A stretch of 64,000 nucleotides of DNA from assembly GCA_026770705.1 (NCBI GenBank), contig JANJGN010000013.1, forward strand, positions 64,728,001 to 64,792,000, written 5' to 3'. The stretch is from Isurus oxyrinchus (Eukaryota). Within the stretch, counting starts at the first letter, position 1. Each line of letters opens with the position of its first letter. The position numbers and the translations under genes are program-made. The notes below the pieces were generated by a model, which was not told the origin of the DNA, ran no database searches, and saw only the letters and a list, made by a program, of their open reading frames with translations. This document shows positions 1 to 14,600 of this stretch, one piece after another.

Positions 1-3000
1 CCAGTGCTTCAGGTGCCAGAGTAACCAGGGCATCAGGTGCCTGAGTAAGCATTAGGTGCCATGGTAACCAGAGCATCAGGCGGCAGAGTAACCAGAACAT
101 CAGGTGCCAGATTAACCAGAGCATCAGGTGGCAGAGCAGCCAGAGGATCAGTTTGCAGAGTAGCCAGGGCATTAGGTGGCAGAGTAACCAGAGCATCAGG
201 GACCAGAGTAAATAATGCATCAGGTGGCAGAATAACCAGAGCACCAGGTGATGTAGCAAACAGGGCATTAGGTTCCATAGTAACCAGAGCCTCAGGTGGC
301 CGAGTAACCAGAACATCAGGTGCCAGATTTACAAGGGCATCAGGTAGCAGAGCACCCAGAGGATCAGTTGCTGGAGCAACCAGGATGTCAGTTGGCAGAG
401 TAACCAGAGCTTCAGGTGGCAGAGTAAACAGAACATCAGTTGCCAGAGTAACCAGAGCATCATGTGGCAGAGTAACCAGGGCATCAGGTGCCAGAGTAAC
501 CAGAGCATCATGTGGCAGAGTAACCAGGGCATCAGGTGCCAGAGTAACCAGGGCATCAGGTGCCATATTAATTAATGCTTCAGGTGGCAGAGTGACCAGA
601 GCATCAGGTGCCAGAACAACCAGGGAATCAGGTGCCAGAGTGAGCAGAGGATCAGGTAGCAGATAACCAGAGCATTAGATGCCTCTGTAAACAGGGCATC
701 AGATACCGGAGTATCCAGAGCATCAGGTGTCTGCATAACATGGCATCAGATGGCAGAATGACCATGACATCAGGTGGCAGTGTAACCAGAGCATCAGTCA
801 GCAGTGTAACCAGAGCATGAGTTGCCAGAGACACCAGAGCGTCAAGTGGCAGAGTAACCTGAGCATCAGGGGCCAAAACAGTCAGGGCACCACATGGCAG
901 AGTAACAAGAGAATCAGGTGCCTTAGCGACAAGAGCATCAGGTGGTGGAGTAAACAGAGCATCAGGTACCAGAGTAACCAGAGCTTCAGGTGCCGCAGCA
1001 ACCAGGGCATCAGGTGGCAGGGTAACCAGAGCATCAGTTGGCAGAATAACCAGAGCTTCAGGTGGCAGAGTAACCAGAGCATTGGATGCCAGAGTTACAG
1101 GAGCATCATTTGTCTGAGTAGCTAGAGCATCAGTTCCCAGCGTAACCAGGACATCAGGTGCAAGAGTAACCAAAGCATCAGTTGCCAGATTTACCAGAGC
1201 ATCAGATGCCAGAGCAACCAGGGCATCAGCTGCAAGAGTAATCAGAGCATCGGTTGCCATAGTAACCCGAGCATCAGGTACCAGAGTAACCAGAGCATCA
1301 GGTGCCATGGTAACCAGTGCTTCAAGTGGCAGAGTGACCAGTGCATCAGGTGGCAAAGCCAACAGAGGATCAGATGCTGGAGCAACCAGTGCATCATGTG
1401 CCAGGGTGAGCAGAGCATCAGGTGGCATAGTAACCAGAACATCAGGTGGCAGAGTAAACAGAGCATCAGATGCCTCAGTAACCACAGCATCAGGTGGCAG
1501 AGTAACCAGAGCATCAGGTCCCAGGGTAACCAGATAATCCGGTGGCAGAGTAACCGGAGCATCAGGTGGCAGCATAACCAGAGCATGAGTAGGCAGAGAA
1601 ACCAGAGCATCAGGTGGAAGAGTAACCAGGGCATCAGGTGCCAGAGTAACCAGAGCATCAGGTGCCAGAGTAACCAGAGCATCAGGTGCCAGACTAAATA
1701 ATGCATCAGGTGGCAGACTAACCAGAGCATCAGGTGATGTAGCAAACAAGGCACCAGATGCCTAAGTAACCAGAGCATTAGGTGCCATAGTAACCAGAGC
1801 ATCAGGTGGCAGAGTAACCAGAACATCAGGTGCCAGATTAACTAGAGTATCAGGTGACTGAGCAGTCAGAGGATCAGTTGCCGGAGCAACCAGGGTATCA
1901 GGTGCCAGAGTAACAGAGCATGAGTTGGCAGAGAATCCAGAGCATCATTTTGCAGAGTAGCCAAAGCATGATGTGCCAGAGTAACCAGAGCATCGAGGAC
2001 CAGAGTACACAATGCATCACGTGGCAGAATAACCAAAGCATCAGGTAATGTAGCAAACAGGGCATTGGTTTCCACAGTAACCAGAGCCTCAGGTGGCAGA
2101 GTAACCAGAACATCAGGTGCCAGATTTACAATGACATCAGGTGGTAGAGCGGCCAGAGGATCAGTTGCTGAAGCAACCAGGGCACCAGGTGCCACATTAA
2201 CCAGAGCATTGGGAGGCAAAGTAGCCAGAGCATCAGGTGGCAGAGTAACCAGGGCATCATGTGGCATAGTAACCAGGTCATCAGGCGATCAAGTAACCAG
2301 GGTGTCATGTGGTTGACTAACCAGGGAATCAGGTGCCAGAGTAACCAGTGCATCAGGTGGGAGAATAACTAGGGCATCAGTTGGCAGAATTAATGGAATC
2401 AGGTGGCAGAGTAACCAGAGCATCATTTGCCAGGGTAATCAGAGCATCAGGGGCCAGAGTAACAAGAGCATAAGGTGGCCAAGTAACCAGAGCATCAGGT
2501 ACCAGAGTGACAGTGCATCAGGTGGGAGAATAACTAGGGCATCAGTTGGCAGAATTAATGGAATCAGGTGGCAGAGTAACCAGAGCATCATTTGCCAGGG
2601 TAATCAGAGCATCAGTTGGCCAAGTAGCTAAAGCATCAGGTGGCAGAGTAACCAGAGCATCAGGTGCCTAGTACACAATGCATCAGGTGGCAGAGCCACC
2701 AGAGGATCAGATGCTGGAGCTACCAGGGCATCAGTTGCCAGAGTGAGCAGAGGATCAGGTGCCAGAGTGAGCAGAGCATCAGGTGGCAGATAACCAGAGC
2801 ATTAGATGCCTCATTAACCAGGGCATCAGGTACCGGAGTATGCAGAGCATCATAACAGGGCATCAGTTGGCAGAGACACGAGAGTACCAAGTGGCAGGTT
2901 AACCCGAGCATCAGGTGCCAAAACAATCAGAGTACCACGTGGCAGAGTAGCAAGAGAATCAGGTGCCTTAGCATCAGGTAGTAGAGTAACCAGAGCATCA

Positions 3001-6000
3001 GGTGCCAGAGTGACAGTGCTTCAGGTGCCAGAGTAACAAGAGCATAAGGTGGCCAAGTAACCAGAGCATCAGGTACCAGAGTGACAGTGCTTCAGGTGCC
3101 AGAGTGATCAGAGCATCAAGTGGCATAGTAACCAGAACATCAGTTGGCAGTGCAGCCAGAGCATCAGGTGGCAGAGTAACCAGAACATCAGTTGCCAGAG
3201 TAACCAGAGCATCATGTGGCACTGTAACCAGGGCATCAGGCGGTCGAGTAACCAGGGAATCAGGTGGCAGAGTAACTAGAACATCAGTTGGCAGAGTAAA
3301 CAGGCCATCATGTGGGAGAGTAACCAGGGCATCAGGTGCCAGATTAACCAGACCATCAGCTGGCAGAGTAACGGGAGCGTCAGGTGGCAGAGTAACCAAG
3401 GCATCAGGTGTCAAAGTAACCAGAGCATCAGGTGTCAGAGTAAACAATGCATCCGGTAGCAGACTAACCAGAGCATCAGGTGATGTAGCAAACAGGGCAC
3501 CAGGTGCCTAAGTAACCAGAGCATTAGGTGCCACAGTAACCAGAGCATCAGGTGGCAGAGTAACCAGAACATCAGGTGCCAGATTAACCAGAGCATCAGG
3601 TGACCGAGCAGCCAGAGGATCAGTTGCTGGAGCAACGTTGGCATCAGGTGCGAGTATAACCAGAGCATCAGGTGCGAGACTAACCAAGCATGAGTTGGCA
3701 GAGAAACCAGAGCATCAGGTGACAGAGTAACCAGGGTATTAGGTACCAGAGTAACCAGGGCATCAGGGGCCAGAGTACTCAATGCATCAGGTGGCAGAAT
3801 AACCAGAGCACCAGGTGATGTAGTAAACAGGGCATTAGGTTCCATAGTAACCAGAGCCTCAGGTGGCAGAGTAACCAGAACATCAGATGCCAGTTTTACA
3901 AGGGCATCAGGTAGCAGAGTAGCCAGAGAATCAGTTGCTGAAGCAACCAGGGTGCCAGGTGTCACATTAACCAGAGCATCAGGAGGTAGATTAGCCAGAG
4001 CATCAGGTGGCAGAGAAAGCAGAAGATCAGTTGCCAGAGTAACCAGAGCATCAGATGGCAGAGTAACCAGGGCATCAGGTGATCGAGTAACCAGGGAATC
4101 AGGTGACAGAGTAACCAAAGCATCAGTTGGCAGAGTAACCAGTGCATCAGGCGATCGAGTAACCAGGGATTCAGGTGGTAGAGTAACCAGAGCATCAGTT
4201 GGCAGAGTAACCAGGGCATCAGGTGGGAGAATAACCAGGGCATCATGTGCCAGTGTAACCAGACCATCAGGTGGCAGAGTAACGAGAGCATCAGGTGGCA
4301 GAGTAACCAGGGCATCATTTGCCAGGGTAACCAGAACATCAGGGGCCAGAGTAACAAGAGCATCAGTTGGCCGAGGAGCTAGAGCATTGGGTGGCAGAGT
4401 AACCAGAGGATTAGGTGCCAGAGTAACCAGAGTATCAGGTGCCAGAGTAACAAGAGCATAAGTTGGCTGAGTAACCAGAGCATCAGGTAACAGAGTGACA
4501 GTGCCTCAGATGGCAGATTAACCAGAGCATCAGGTGCCATGGTAACCAGTGCTTCAGGTGGCAGAGGGAACAGAGCATCAGGTGGCAGATCCACCAGAGA
4601 AACAGATGCCGGAGCAACCAGTGCATCAGGTGCCAGAGTGAGCAGAGCATCAGGTGGCATAGTAACCAGAACATCAGGTGGCAGAGTAATGAGAGCGTCA
4701 GGTGGCAGAGTAACCAAGGCATCAGGTGTCAAAGTAACCAGAGCATCAGGTGTCAGAGTACACAATGCATCAGTGGCAGACTAACCAGAGCATCAGGTGA
4801 TGTAGCAAACAGGGCACCAGGTGCCTAATTAACCAGAGCATTAGGTGCCACAGTAACCAGAGCATCAGGTGGCAGAGTAACCAGAGCATCAGGTGCCAGA
4901 TTAACCAGAGCATCAGGTGACCGAGCAGCCAGAAGATCAGTTGCCGGAGCAACCAGGGCATCAGGTGCGAGAGTAACCAGAGCATGAGTTGGCAGAGAAA
5001 CCAGAGCATCAGGTGCCAGAGAAACCAGAGCAAGAGGGGCCAGAGTACACAATGCATCAGGTGGCAGAATAACCAGAGCACCAGGTGATGTAGTAAACAG
5101 GGCATTAGGTTCCATAGTAACCAGACCTCAGGAGGCAGAGTAACCAGAACATCAGGTGCCAGATTTACAAGGGCATCAGAAGCAGAGCAGCCAGAGAATC
5201 AGTTGCCGAAGCAACCAGGGCGCCAGGTGCCACATTAAACAGAGCATCAGGAGGTAGATTGGCCAGAGCATCAGGTGGCAGAGTAACCAGAGCATCAGAT
5301 GGCAGAGTAATCAGGGCATCAAGCGATCGAGTAACCAGGGAATCAGGTGGCAGAGTAACCAGAGCATCAGTTGACAAAGTAACCAGAGCATCAGGTGGGA
5401 GTATATTTAGGGCATCAGGTGCCAGTGTAACCAGACCATCAGGTGGCAGAGTAACGAGAGTATCAGGTGGCAGAGTAACCAGGGCATCAGGCGGCAGAAT
5501 AACCAGAGCATCATTTGCCAGGGTAACCAGAGCATCAGGGGCCAGAGTAACAAGAGCATCAGTTGGCCGAGTAACTAGAGCATCAGGTGGCAGAGTAGCC
5601 AGAGCATCAGTTGGCTGAATAACCAGGGCATCAGGTGCCAGAGTGACAGTGCATTAGATGGCAGAGTAGCCAGAGCATCAGGTGCCATGTTATTTAGTGC
5701 TTCAGGTGGCAGAGTAACCAGAGCATCAAGTGCCAGAGTATCCAGGGCATCAGGTGCCTAGTAAGCAGAGCATCAGGTGGCAGAGCCACCAGCGGATCAG
5801 ATGCCGGAGCAACCAGGGCATCAGGTGCCAGAGTGAGAAGAATATCAGATGGCAGATAACCAGAGCATTAGATGACTCAGTAACCAGGGCATCAGGTACC
5901 GTAGTATCCAGCGCATCAGGTGTCTGCATTACAGGGCATCAGTTGGCAGAGTAACCATGAAATCAGGTGGCATAGTAACCAGAGCATCAGGCGGCAGCGT

Positions 6001-6550
6001 AACCAGCTCATGAGTTGGCAGAGTAACCCGAGCATCAGGTGCCAAAACAATCAGGGCACCACGTGGCAGAGTAACAATCGAAACAGGTGCCTTAGCAACA
6101 AGAGCATCAGGTAGTAGAGTAAACAGAGCATCAGATGCCAGTGTAACCAGAGCATCAGGTGCCAGAGCAACCAGGGCAGCAGATGGCAGAGTAACCAGAG
6201 CATCAGTTGGCAGTGTAACTAGAGGATCAGGTGCCAGAGTAACCAGAGGATCAGGTGCCAGAGCATCAGGTGGCAGAGTAAACAGAGCATCAGATGCCTC
6301 ACTAAACACGGCAACAGGTGGAAGAGTAACCAGAGCATCAGGTCCCAGGGTAACCAGATAATCAGGCAGCAGCATAACCAGAGCATGAGTAGGCAGAGAA
6401 ACCATAGCATCAGGTGGAAGAGTAATCAGAGCATCAGGGACCAGAGTACACAATGCATCAGGTGGCAGAATAACCAGAGCATCAGGTGATGTAGCAAACA
6501 GGGCATTAGGTTCCATAGTAACCAGAGCCTCAGGTGGCAGAGTAACCAGA
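1..6550. repeat. Subfamily domain A of the 24-bp array
   Basis: The variant GGTGATGTAG(C/T)AAAC occurs at ~247, 1734, 3479, 3815, 4796, 5084 and 6485 and was not noticed further on. Blocks ~3400-4100 and ~4720-5340 are related (offset ~1317). Boundaries are approximate. Confidence 0.7.
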
Positions 6551-9500
6551 ACATCAGTTCGCTGAGTAACCATAGCATCATGTGTCTGAGTAACCAGAGC
6601 ATCATTTGGCAGCATATCCAGAGCATGAGGTGGCAGATGAAACAGAGAATCAGGTGCCAGAATTATCAGAGCATTTGCTGCCAGATTTAGCAGAGCATTA
6701 GATGCCAGTAAAACCAGGATATCAGTTGGCAGCGTAACCAGAACATCAAGTGCCAGGGTTTCCAGGGCATCAGGTGTCTGTGTAAACAGAGCATCAGGTT
6801 GCCGAATAACCAGGGCATCAGCTGTCAGAGCAACCAGGGCATCAGGTGACAGAGCCACCAGGTCATCAAGTGCTGTAGTAAGCAGAGCATCACGTGGCAG
6901 ATTAACCATAGCATCAGATGCCTGAGTAACCAGAGTGTCAGGTGGCAGAGTAACCAGAGCATCAGGTGCCATTTTTACCAGTGCATCCAGAGATAGAGCA
7001 ACCAGGGAATCAGGAGGCAGAGTAACCATGGCATCAATTGACAGAGTAACCAGAGCATCTGGTTCCAGATTAACCAGTGCATCAGTTGGAAAAGTAACCA
7101 GGGCATCATGTGCCAGAGTAACCAGAGCATCAAGTACCGGAATAACCAGAGCATCTGATGCTAGAGTAACCAAAGCATCAGGTGGCAGATTAACCAGGGA
7201 ATCACGTGCCAGAGTAAACAGAGCATCATGTGGCAGAGTAACAAGAGCAACAAGTGCCAGAATAATCAGAGCATGAGGTGCCGGAATAACCAGAGCATTA
7301 GTTAGCAGAGTAACCATTGCATCAGGTGCGAGAGCTGCCATAGCATCAGGTGCCAGAGTAACCAGTGCATCAGGTGGCAGATGAACCAGGGCATCAGGTA
7401 CTAGTGTAAACATAGCATCAGATGCGAAAGTAAATGGAGCATCAAGTGGGAGAGTAACTAGGGCATCAGGTGCCAGAGTAACCAGAGCATCATGTAGCAG
7501 AGCAACCAGGGCATCAGTTGGCAGAGTACCCAGAACATCAGTTGGCAGAGTAACCAGAACATCGAGTGCCTGGGTTTCCAAGGCATCAGGTGTCTGTGTA
7601 ACCAAAGCATCAGGTTGCCGAATAACCAGGGCATCAGCTGTCAGAGCAACCAGGGCATCAGGTGGCAGAGCCACCAGGTCATCAAGTGCTCTAGTAACCA
7701 AAGCATCACGTGGCAGATTAACCATAGCATCAGATGCCAGATTAACCAGACTGTCAGGTGGCAGAGTAACCAGAGCATCAGATGCCAGAGTTACCAGTGC
7801 ATCCACAGATAGAGCAACCAGGGCATCAGTTGGAAGAGTAACCATGGCATCATGTGGCTGAGTAACCAGAGCATCATTTGGCAGCATAACCAGAGCATGA
7901 GGTGGCAGATGAAACAGAGAATCAGGTGCCAGAGTTATCAGAGCATCAGGTGCCCTAGTAACCACAGCATCAGGTGCTCTAGTAACCACAGCATCAGGTG
8001 CTCTAGTAACCAGAGCATCAGGTGGCAGATTAATCAGTGCATCAGTTGGCAGAGTAATAGAGCGTCAGTTGGCTGAGTAACCAACACATTATGTGCCAGA
8101 GTTTCCAGGGCATCAGGTGCCAGAGCAACCAGAGCATCAGCTGTCTGAGTAACCACAGCATCAGGTTGCCGATTAAGCAGGGCATCCGCTGTCAGAGCAT
8201 CCAGAACATCAGGTGACAGATTAACCGGGGAATCAGGTGCCAGAGTAAACAGAGCATCATGTGGCAGAGTAACAGGAGCAACAAGTGCCAGAATAATCAG
8301 ACCATGAGGTGCCAGAATAACCAGATCATTAGTTAGCAGAGTAACCATTGCATCAGGTGTGCGAGCTGCCATAGCAACAGGTGCCAGAGTAACCAGTGCA
8401 TCAGTAGGCAGAGTAACCAGAGCATCAAGTTCCATGGTTACGAGGGCTTCAGATGCCAGAGCAACCAGGGCATCAGGTGCCAGAGTAAGCAGAGCATCAG
8501 TTTCCATAGTAACCAGTGCATCAGATGGCAGAATAACCAGACCATCAGATGCCAGATTAACCGGTACATCAGGTGGCAGAGCACCCAGAGCATCAGGTGG
8601 CAGAGTAACCAAAGAATTGGGTGGCAGTGCAACCAGAGCATCAGGAGGCAGATTAACCAGAGCATGAGATCCAAAAGTAAGCAGGAGATCATGTGGCGGA
8701 GTAAACAGGCCATCATTTGCCAGAGTAACCAGTGCATCAGGTGGCAGTGCAAACAGGGCGTCAGTTGGCAGAGTAACCATGGCATCAGTTGATTGAGTAA
8801 CCAGAGCATCAGTTGGTGGCATGACCAGAGCATGAGGTGTCAGAGAAACCAGAGAATCAAGTGTCAGAGTCACCAGAGCATCAGCTGCGAGAGTTACCAG
8901 AGCATCAGGTGCCCGAGTAACCACAGCATCAGGTGCTCTAGTAACCAGAGCATCAGGTGGCAGGTTAATCAGTGCATCAGTTGGCAGAGTAATAGAGCAT
9001 CAGTTGGCTGAGTAACCAGAACATCAGTTGTCAGAGTTTCCAGGCCATCAGGTGCCGGAGCAACCAGAGCATCAGGTGTCTGAGTAACCAGAGCATCAAG
9101 TTGCTGTTTAACAAGGGCATCAGGTGTCAGGGCAACCAGGGCATCATGTGCTCTAGTAACCAGTGCATCAGCTGGCAAAGTATCGAGGATATCAGTTGCC
9201 AGAGTAACCAGAGATTTATGTAGCAGAGTAATCAGGGCATCAGGTGGCAGAGTAACCAGAACATCAGGTGCCAGAGCAACCAGAGCATCAGCTGTCTGAG
9301 TAACTAGAGCATCAGGTTGCCGATTAAGCAGGGCATCAGCTGTCAGAGTAACCAGAGCAGCAGGTGACAGAGCAACCAGGGCATCAGATGCAAAAGTAAA
9401 TGGAGCATCAAGTGGGAGAGTAACCAGAGCATCAGGTGCCAGAGTAACCAGACTATCAGGTGGCAGAGTAACCAGAACATCAGGTGCCAGAGTAACCAGA

Positions 9501-11457
9501 TCATCGAGTGTAAGGGTTTCCAGGGCATCAGGTGTCTGTGTAACCAGAGCATCAGGCTGCTGAATAACCAGGGCATCAGCTGTCAGAGCAACCAGGGCAT
9601 CAGGTGGCAGAGCCACCAGGTCATCAAATGCTCTAGTAACCAAAGCATCACGTGGCAGATTAATCATAGCATCAGATGCCAGAGTAACCAGACTATCAGG
9701 TGGCAGAGTTACCAGTGAATCCAGAGATAGAGCAACCAGGGCATCAGATGGAAGACTAACCATGGCATCATGTGGCTGAGTAACCAGAGCATCATTTGGC
9801 AGCATAACCAGAGCATGAGGTGGCAGATGAAACAGAGAATCAGGTGCCAGAGTTATCAGAGCATCAGGTGCCCTAGTAACCACAGCATCAGGTGCTCTAG
9901 TAACCACAGCATCAGGTGCTCTAGTAACCAGAGCATCAGGTGGCAGATTAATCAGTGCATCAGTTGGCAGAGTAATAGAGCATTAGTTGGCTGAGTAACC
10001 AACACATTATGTGCCAGAGTTTCCAGGGCATCAGGTGCCAGAGCAACCAGAGCATCAGCTGTCTGAGTAACTAGAGCATCAGGTTGCCGATTAAGCAGGG
10101 CATCCGCTGTCAGAGCATCCAGAGCATCAGGTGCCAGAGTAACCAGAGCATCAGGTGCCAGAGTAACCAGAGCATCATGTAGCAGAGCAACGAGGGCATC
10201 AGTTGGCAGAGTAACCAGAGCATCAGTTGGCAGAATAACCAGAACATCAAGTACCAGGGTTTCCAGGGCATCAGGTGTCTGTGTAACCGGAGCATCAGGT
10301 TGCCGAATAACCAGGGCATCAGCTGTCAGAGCAACCAGGGCATCAGGTGGCAGAGCCACCAGGTCATCAAGTGCTCTAGTAAGCAGAGCATCACATGGCA
10401 GATTAACCATAGCATCAGATGCCTGAGTAACCAGAGTGTCAGGTGGCAGAGTAACCAGAGCATCAGGTGCCATTTTTACCAGTGCATCCAGAGATAGAGC
10501 AACCAGGGAATCAGGAGGCAGAGTAACCATGGCATCAATTGACAGAGTAACCAGAGCATCTGGTTCCAGATTAACCAGTGCATCAGTTGGAAGAGTAACC
10601 AGGGCATCATGTGCCAGAGTAACCAGAGCATCAAGTACCGGAATAACCAGAGCATCTGATGCTAGAGTAACCAAAGCATCAGGTGGCAGATTAACCAGGG
10701 AATCACGTGCCAGAGTAAACAGAGCATCATGTGGCAGAGTAACAAGAGCAACAAGTGCCAGAATAATCAGAGCATGAGGTGCCGGAATAACCAGAGCATT
10801 AGTTAGCAGAGTAACCATTGCATCAGGTGCGAGAGCTGCCATAGCATCAGGTGCCAGAGTAACCAGTGCATCAGGTGGCAGATGAACCAGGGCATCAGGT
10901 ACTAGTGTAAACATAGCATCAGATGCGAAAGTAAATGGAGCATCAAGTGGGAGAGTAACTAGGGCATCAGGTGCCAGAGTAACCAGAGCATCATGTAGCA
11001 GAGCAACCAGAGATAGAGTAACCACGGAATCAGGAGGCAGTGTAACCAGAGCATCAGTTGTCAGAGTAACGAGAGCATCAGATTCCAGATTAACCAGTGC
11101 ATCAGTTGGAAGAGTAACCAGGCCATCAAGTGCCAGAGTAAACAGTGCATCAGGTGGCAGTGCAAACAGGGCGTCAGTTGGTAGAGTAACCATGGCATCA
11201 GGTGACTGAGTAACCAGAGCATCAGTTGGTGGCATGACCAGAGAATGAGGTGTCAGAGAAACCAGAGCATCAAGTGCCAGAGTTACCAGAGCATCAGCTG
11301 CGAGAGTTACCAGAGCATCAAGTGCCTGAATAACGACAGCATCAGGTGCTCTAGTAACCGGAGCATTGGGTGGCAGATTAATCAGTGCATCAGTTGGCAG
11401 AGTAATAGGGCATCAGTGGGCTGAGTAACCATAACATCAGTTGCCAGAGTTTCCAGG

Positions 11458-11601
11458 GCATCAGGTGCCGGAGCAACCAGAGCATCAGGTGCCGGAGCAA
11501 CCAGAGCATCAGGTGTCTGAGTAACCAGAGCATCAGGTGTCTGAGTAACCAGAGCATCAGGTGTCTGAGTAACCAGAGCATCAGGTGTCTGAGTAACCAG
11601 A
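11458..11601. repeat. Perfect single-monomer runs: GCATCAGGTGCCGGAGCAACCAGA x2 then GCATCAGGTGTCTGAGTAACCAGA x4
   Basis: Read directly from lines 11401-11581. Confidence 0.9.
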
Positions 11602-14600
11602 GCATCAGTCGGCAGAGTAATAGAGCACCATTGGGCTGAGTTACCAGAACATCAGTTGCCAGAGTTTCCAGGGCATCAGGTGCCAGAGCCACCAGAGCAT
11701 CAGGTGTCTGGGTAACCAGAGCATCATATTGCCGATTAACAAGGGCATCATGTGGCAGTGTAACCAGAGCATCAGGAGCCAGAGTATCCGAGCATCAGAT
11801 CCCAAAATAACCAGAGGATCATATTTCAGGCCATCATTTGCCAGAGCAACCAGTGCATCAGGTGGCAATGCAAATAGGGTGTCAGTTGGCAGAGTAACCA
11901 TGGCATCAGGTGGCTGAGTAACCAGAGCATCTGTTGGAAGCATAACCAGAGCATGAGGTGGCAGAGAAACTAGAGCATCAAGTGCCAGAGTCACCACAGC
12001 ATCAGCTGCCAGAGTTACCAGAGCATCAGATGCCTGAGGAACGACAGCATCAGGTTCTCTAGTAATCAGAGCATCAGGTGGCAGATAAATCAGAGCACCA
12101 GTTGGCAGAGTAAAAAGAACATCAGTTGCCAGAGTTTCCAGAGCATCAGGAGCCAGAGTAACCAGAGCATCATGTTGCAGATTAACAAAGGCATCAGGTG
12201 CCCGAGTAACCACAGTATCAAGTGCTCTAGTAATCAGAGCATCAGGTGGCAGATTAATCAGTGCATCAGTTGGCAGAGTAAAAAGAACATCAGCTGCCAG
12301 AGTTTCCAGGGCATCAGGTGCCGGAGCAACCAGAGCATCAGGTGCCAGAGTAACCAGAGCATTATGTTGCCAATTAACGAGGGCATCAGGTGTCAGAGCA
12401 ACCAGGGCATCAGGTGGCAGAGAAACCAGAGCATCAGTTGGCAGAGTAATAGAGCATTAGTTGGCTGAGTAACCAACACATTATGTGCCAGAGTTTCCAG
12501 GGCATCAGGTGCCAGAGCAACCAGAGCATCAGCTGTCTGAGTAACTAGAGCATCAGGTTGCCGATTAAGCAGGGCATCCGCTGTCAGAGCATCCAGAGCA
12601 TCAGGTGCCAGAGTAACCAGAGCATCATGTAGCAGAGCAACGAGGGCATCAGTTGGCAGAGTAACCAGAGCATCGGTTGGCAGAATAACCAGAACATCAA
12701 GTGCCAGGGTTTCCAGGGCATCAGGTGTCTGTGTAACCGGAGCATCAGGTTGCCGAATAACCAGGGCATCAGCTGTCAGAGCAACCAGGGCATCAGGTGG
12801 CAGAGCCACCAGGTCATCAAGTGCTCTAGTAAGCAGAGCATCACATGGCAGATTAACCATAGGATCAGATGCCTGAGTAACCAGAGTATCAGGAGGCAGA
12901 GTAACCAGAGCATCAGGTGCCATTTTTACCAGTGCATCCAGAGATAGAGTAACCACGGAATCAGGAGGCAGTGTAACCAGAGCATCAGTTGTCAGAGTAA
13001 CGAGAGCATCAGATTCCAGATTAACCAGTGCATCAGTTGGAAGAGTAACCAGGGCATCATGTGCCAGAGTAACCAGAGCATCATGTACCTGAATAATCAG
13101 GGCATCTGATGCTAGAGTAACCGGAGCATCAGGTGGCAGATTAACCGGGGCATCAGGTGCCAGAGCAACCAGAGCATCAGGTGCCAGAGTAACAAGAGCA
13201 TCAGGTGACAGAGTAACCAGAGCATCAGTTGGTGGCATGACCAGAGCATGAGGTGTCAGAGAAACCAGAACATCAAGTGCCAGAGTCACCAGAGCATCAG
13301 CTGCCAGAGTTACCAGAGCATCAAGTGCCTGAATAACGATAGCATCAGGTGCTCTAGTAATCAGAGCATCAGGTGGCAGATTAATCAGAGCATCAGTTGG
13401 CAGAGTAAAAAGAACATCAGTTGCCAGAGTTTCCAGGGCATCAGGTGCCGGAGCAACCAGAGCATCAGGTGCCAGAGTAACCAGAGCATTATGTTGCCAA
13501 TTAACAAGGGCATCAGGTGGCAGAGCAACGGCGGCATCAGGTGGCTGACAAACCAGAGCATCAGTTGGCAGAGTAATAGAGCATCAGTTGGCTGAGTAAC
13601 CAGAACAACAGTTGTCAGATTTTCCAGGGCATCATGTGCCAGAGCAACCAGAGCATCAGTTGCCAGAGTTACCAGAGCATCATGTTGCCGATTAACAAGG
13701 GCATCAGGTGGCAGAGTAATAGAGCATCAGTTGGCTGAGTTTCCAGGGCATCAGGGGCCGGAGCAACCAGAGCATCAGGTGTCTGAGTAACCAGAGCATC
13801 ATGTTGCTGATTATCAAAGGCAACAGATGTCAGAGCAACAAGAGCCTCAGGTGTCAGATTAATCAGAGCATCAGTTGGCTGAGCAATAGAGCATCAGGTT
13901 CCAGAGTAACCAGAGCAGCTGAGTAATCAGGGCATCAGGTGTCCGAGCAACCAGGGCATCAAGTGGCAGAGCACTCAGGGCATCAGGTGCTAGTGTAACC
14001 ATGGCAACAGATGCCAAAGTAAATGGAGCATCATGTGGCAGAGTAACCAAGGAATCACGAGGCAGTGTAATCAAAGCATCAGGTGGCTGAGTAACCAGAG
14101 TATCTGATGCCAAATTAATCAGAGCTTCATGTGGCAGTGTAACCAGGGCATCAGATGTCAGAGTAACCAGAGCATCAGGTGACAGAGCAACTAGGGCATC
14201 AGTTGGCTGATTAACCATGGTATCAGGTGGCTGAGTAACCCGAGCATCAGTTGGTAGCATAACCAGAGCATGAGTTGTCAGAGAAACCAGAGCATCAAGT
14301 GCCAGAGTCACCAGAGCATCAGGCGCCCCGATAAAACACAGCATCAGCTGCTCTAGTAACCAGAGCATCAGGTGGCTGAGTAAACAGAATATCAGTTGCC
14401 AGAGTTTCCAGGGCATCAGGTGCCGGAGCAACCAGAGCATCAGGTGTCTGAGTAACCAGAGCATTATGTTGCCAATTAACAAGGGCATCAGGTGTCAGAG
14501 CAACCAGGGCAACATGTGGCCCAGCAACCAGGGCATCAGGTGGCCAAGAAAGCAGAGCATCAGTTGGAAGAGTAATAGAGCATCAGGTGCCAGAGTAACC

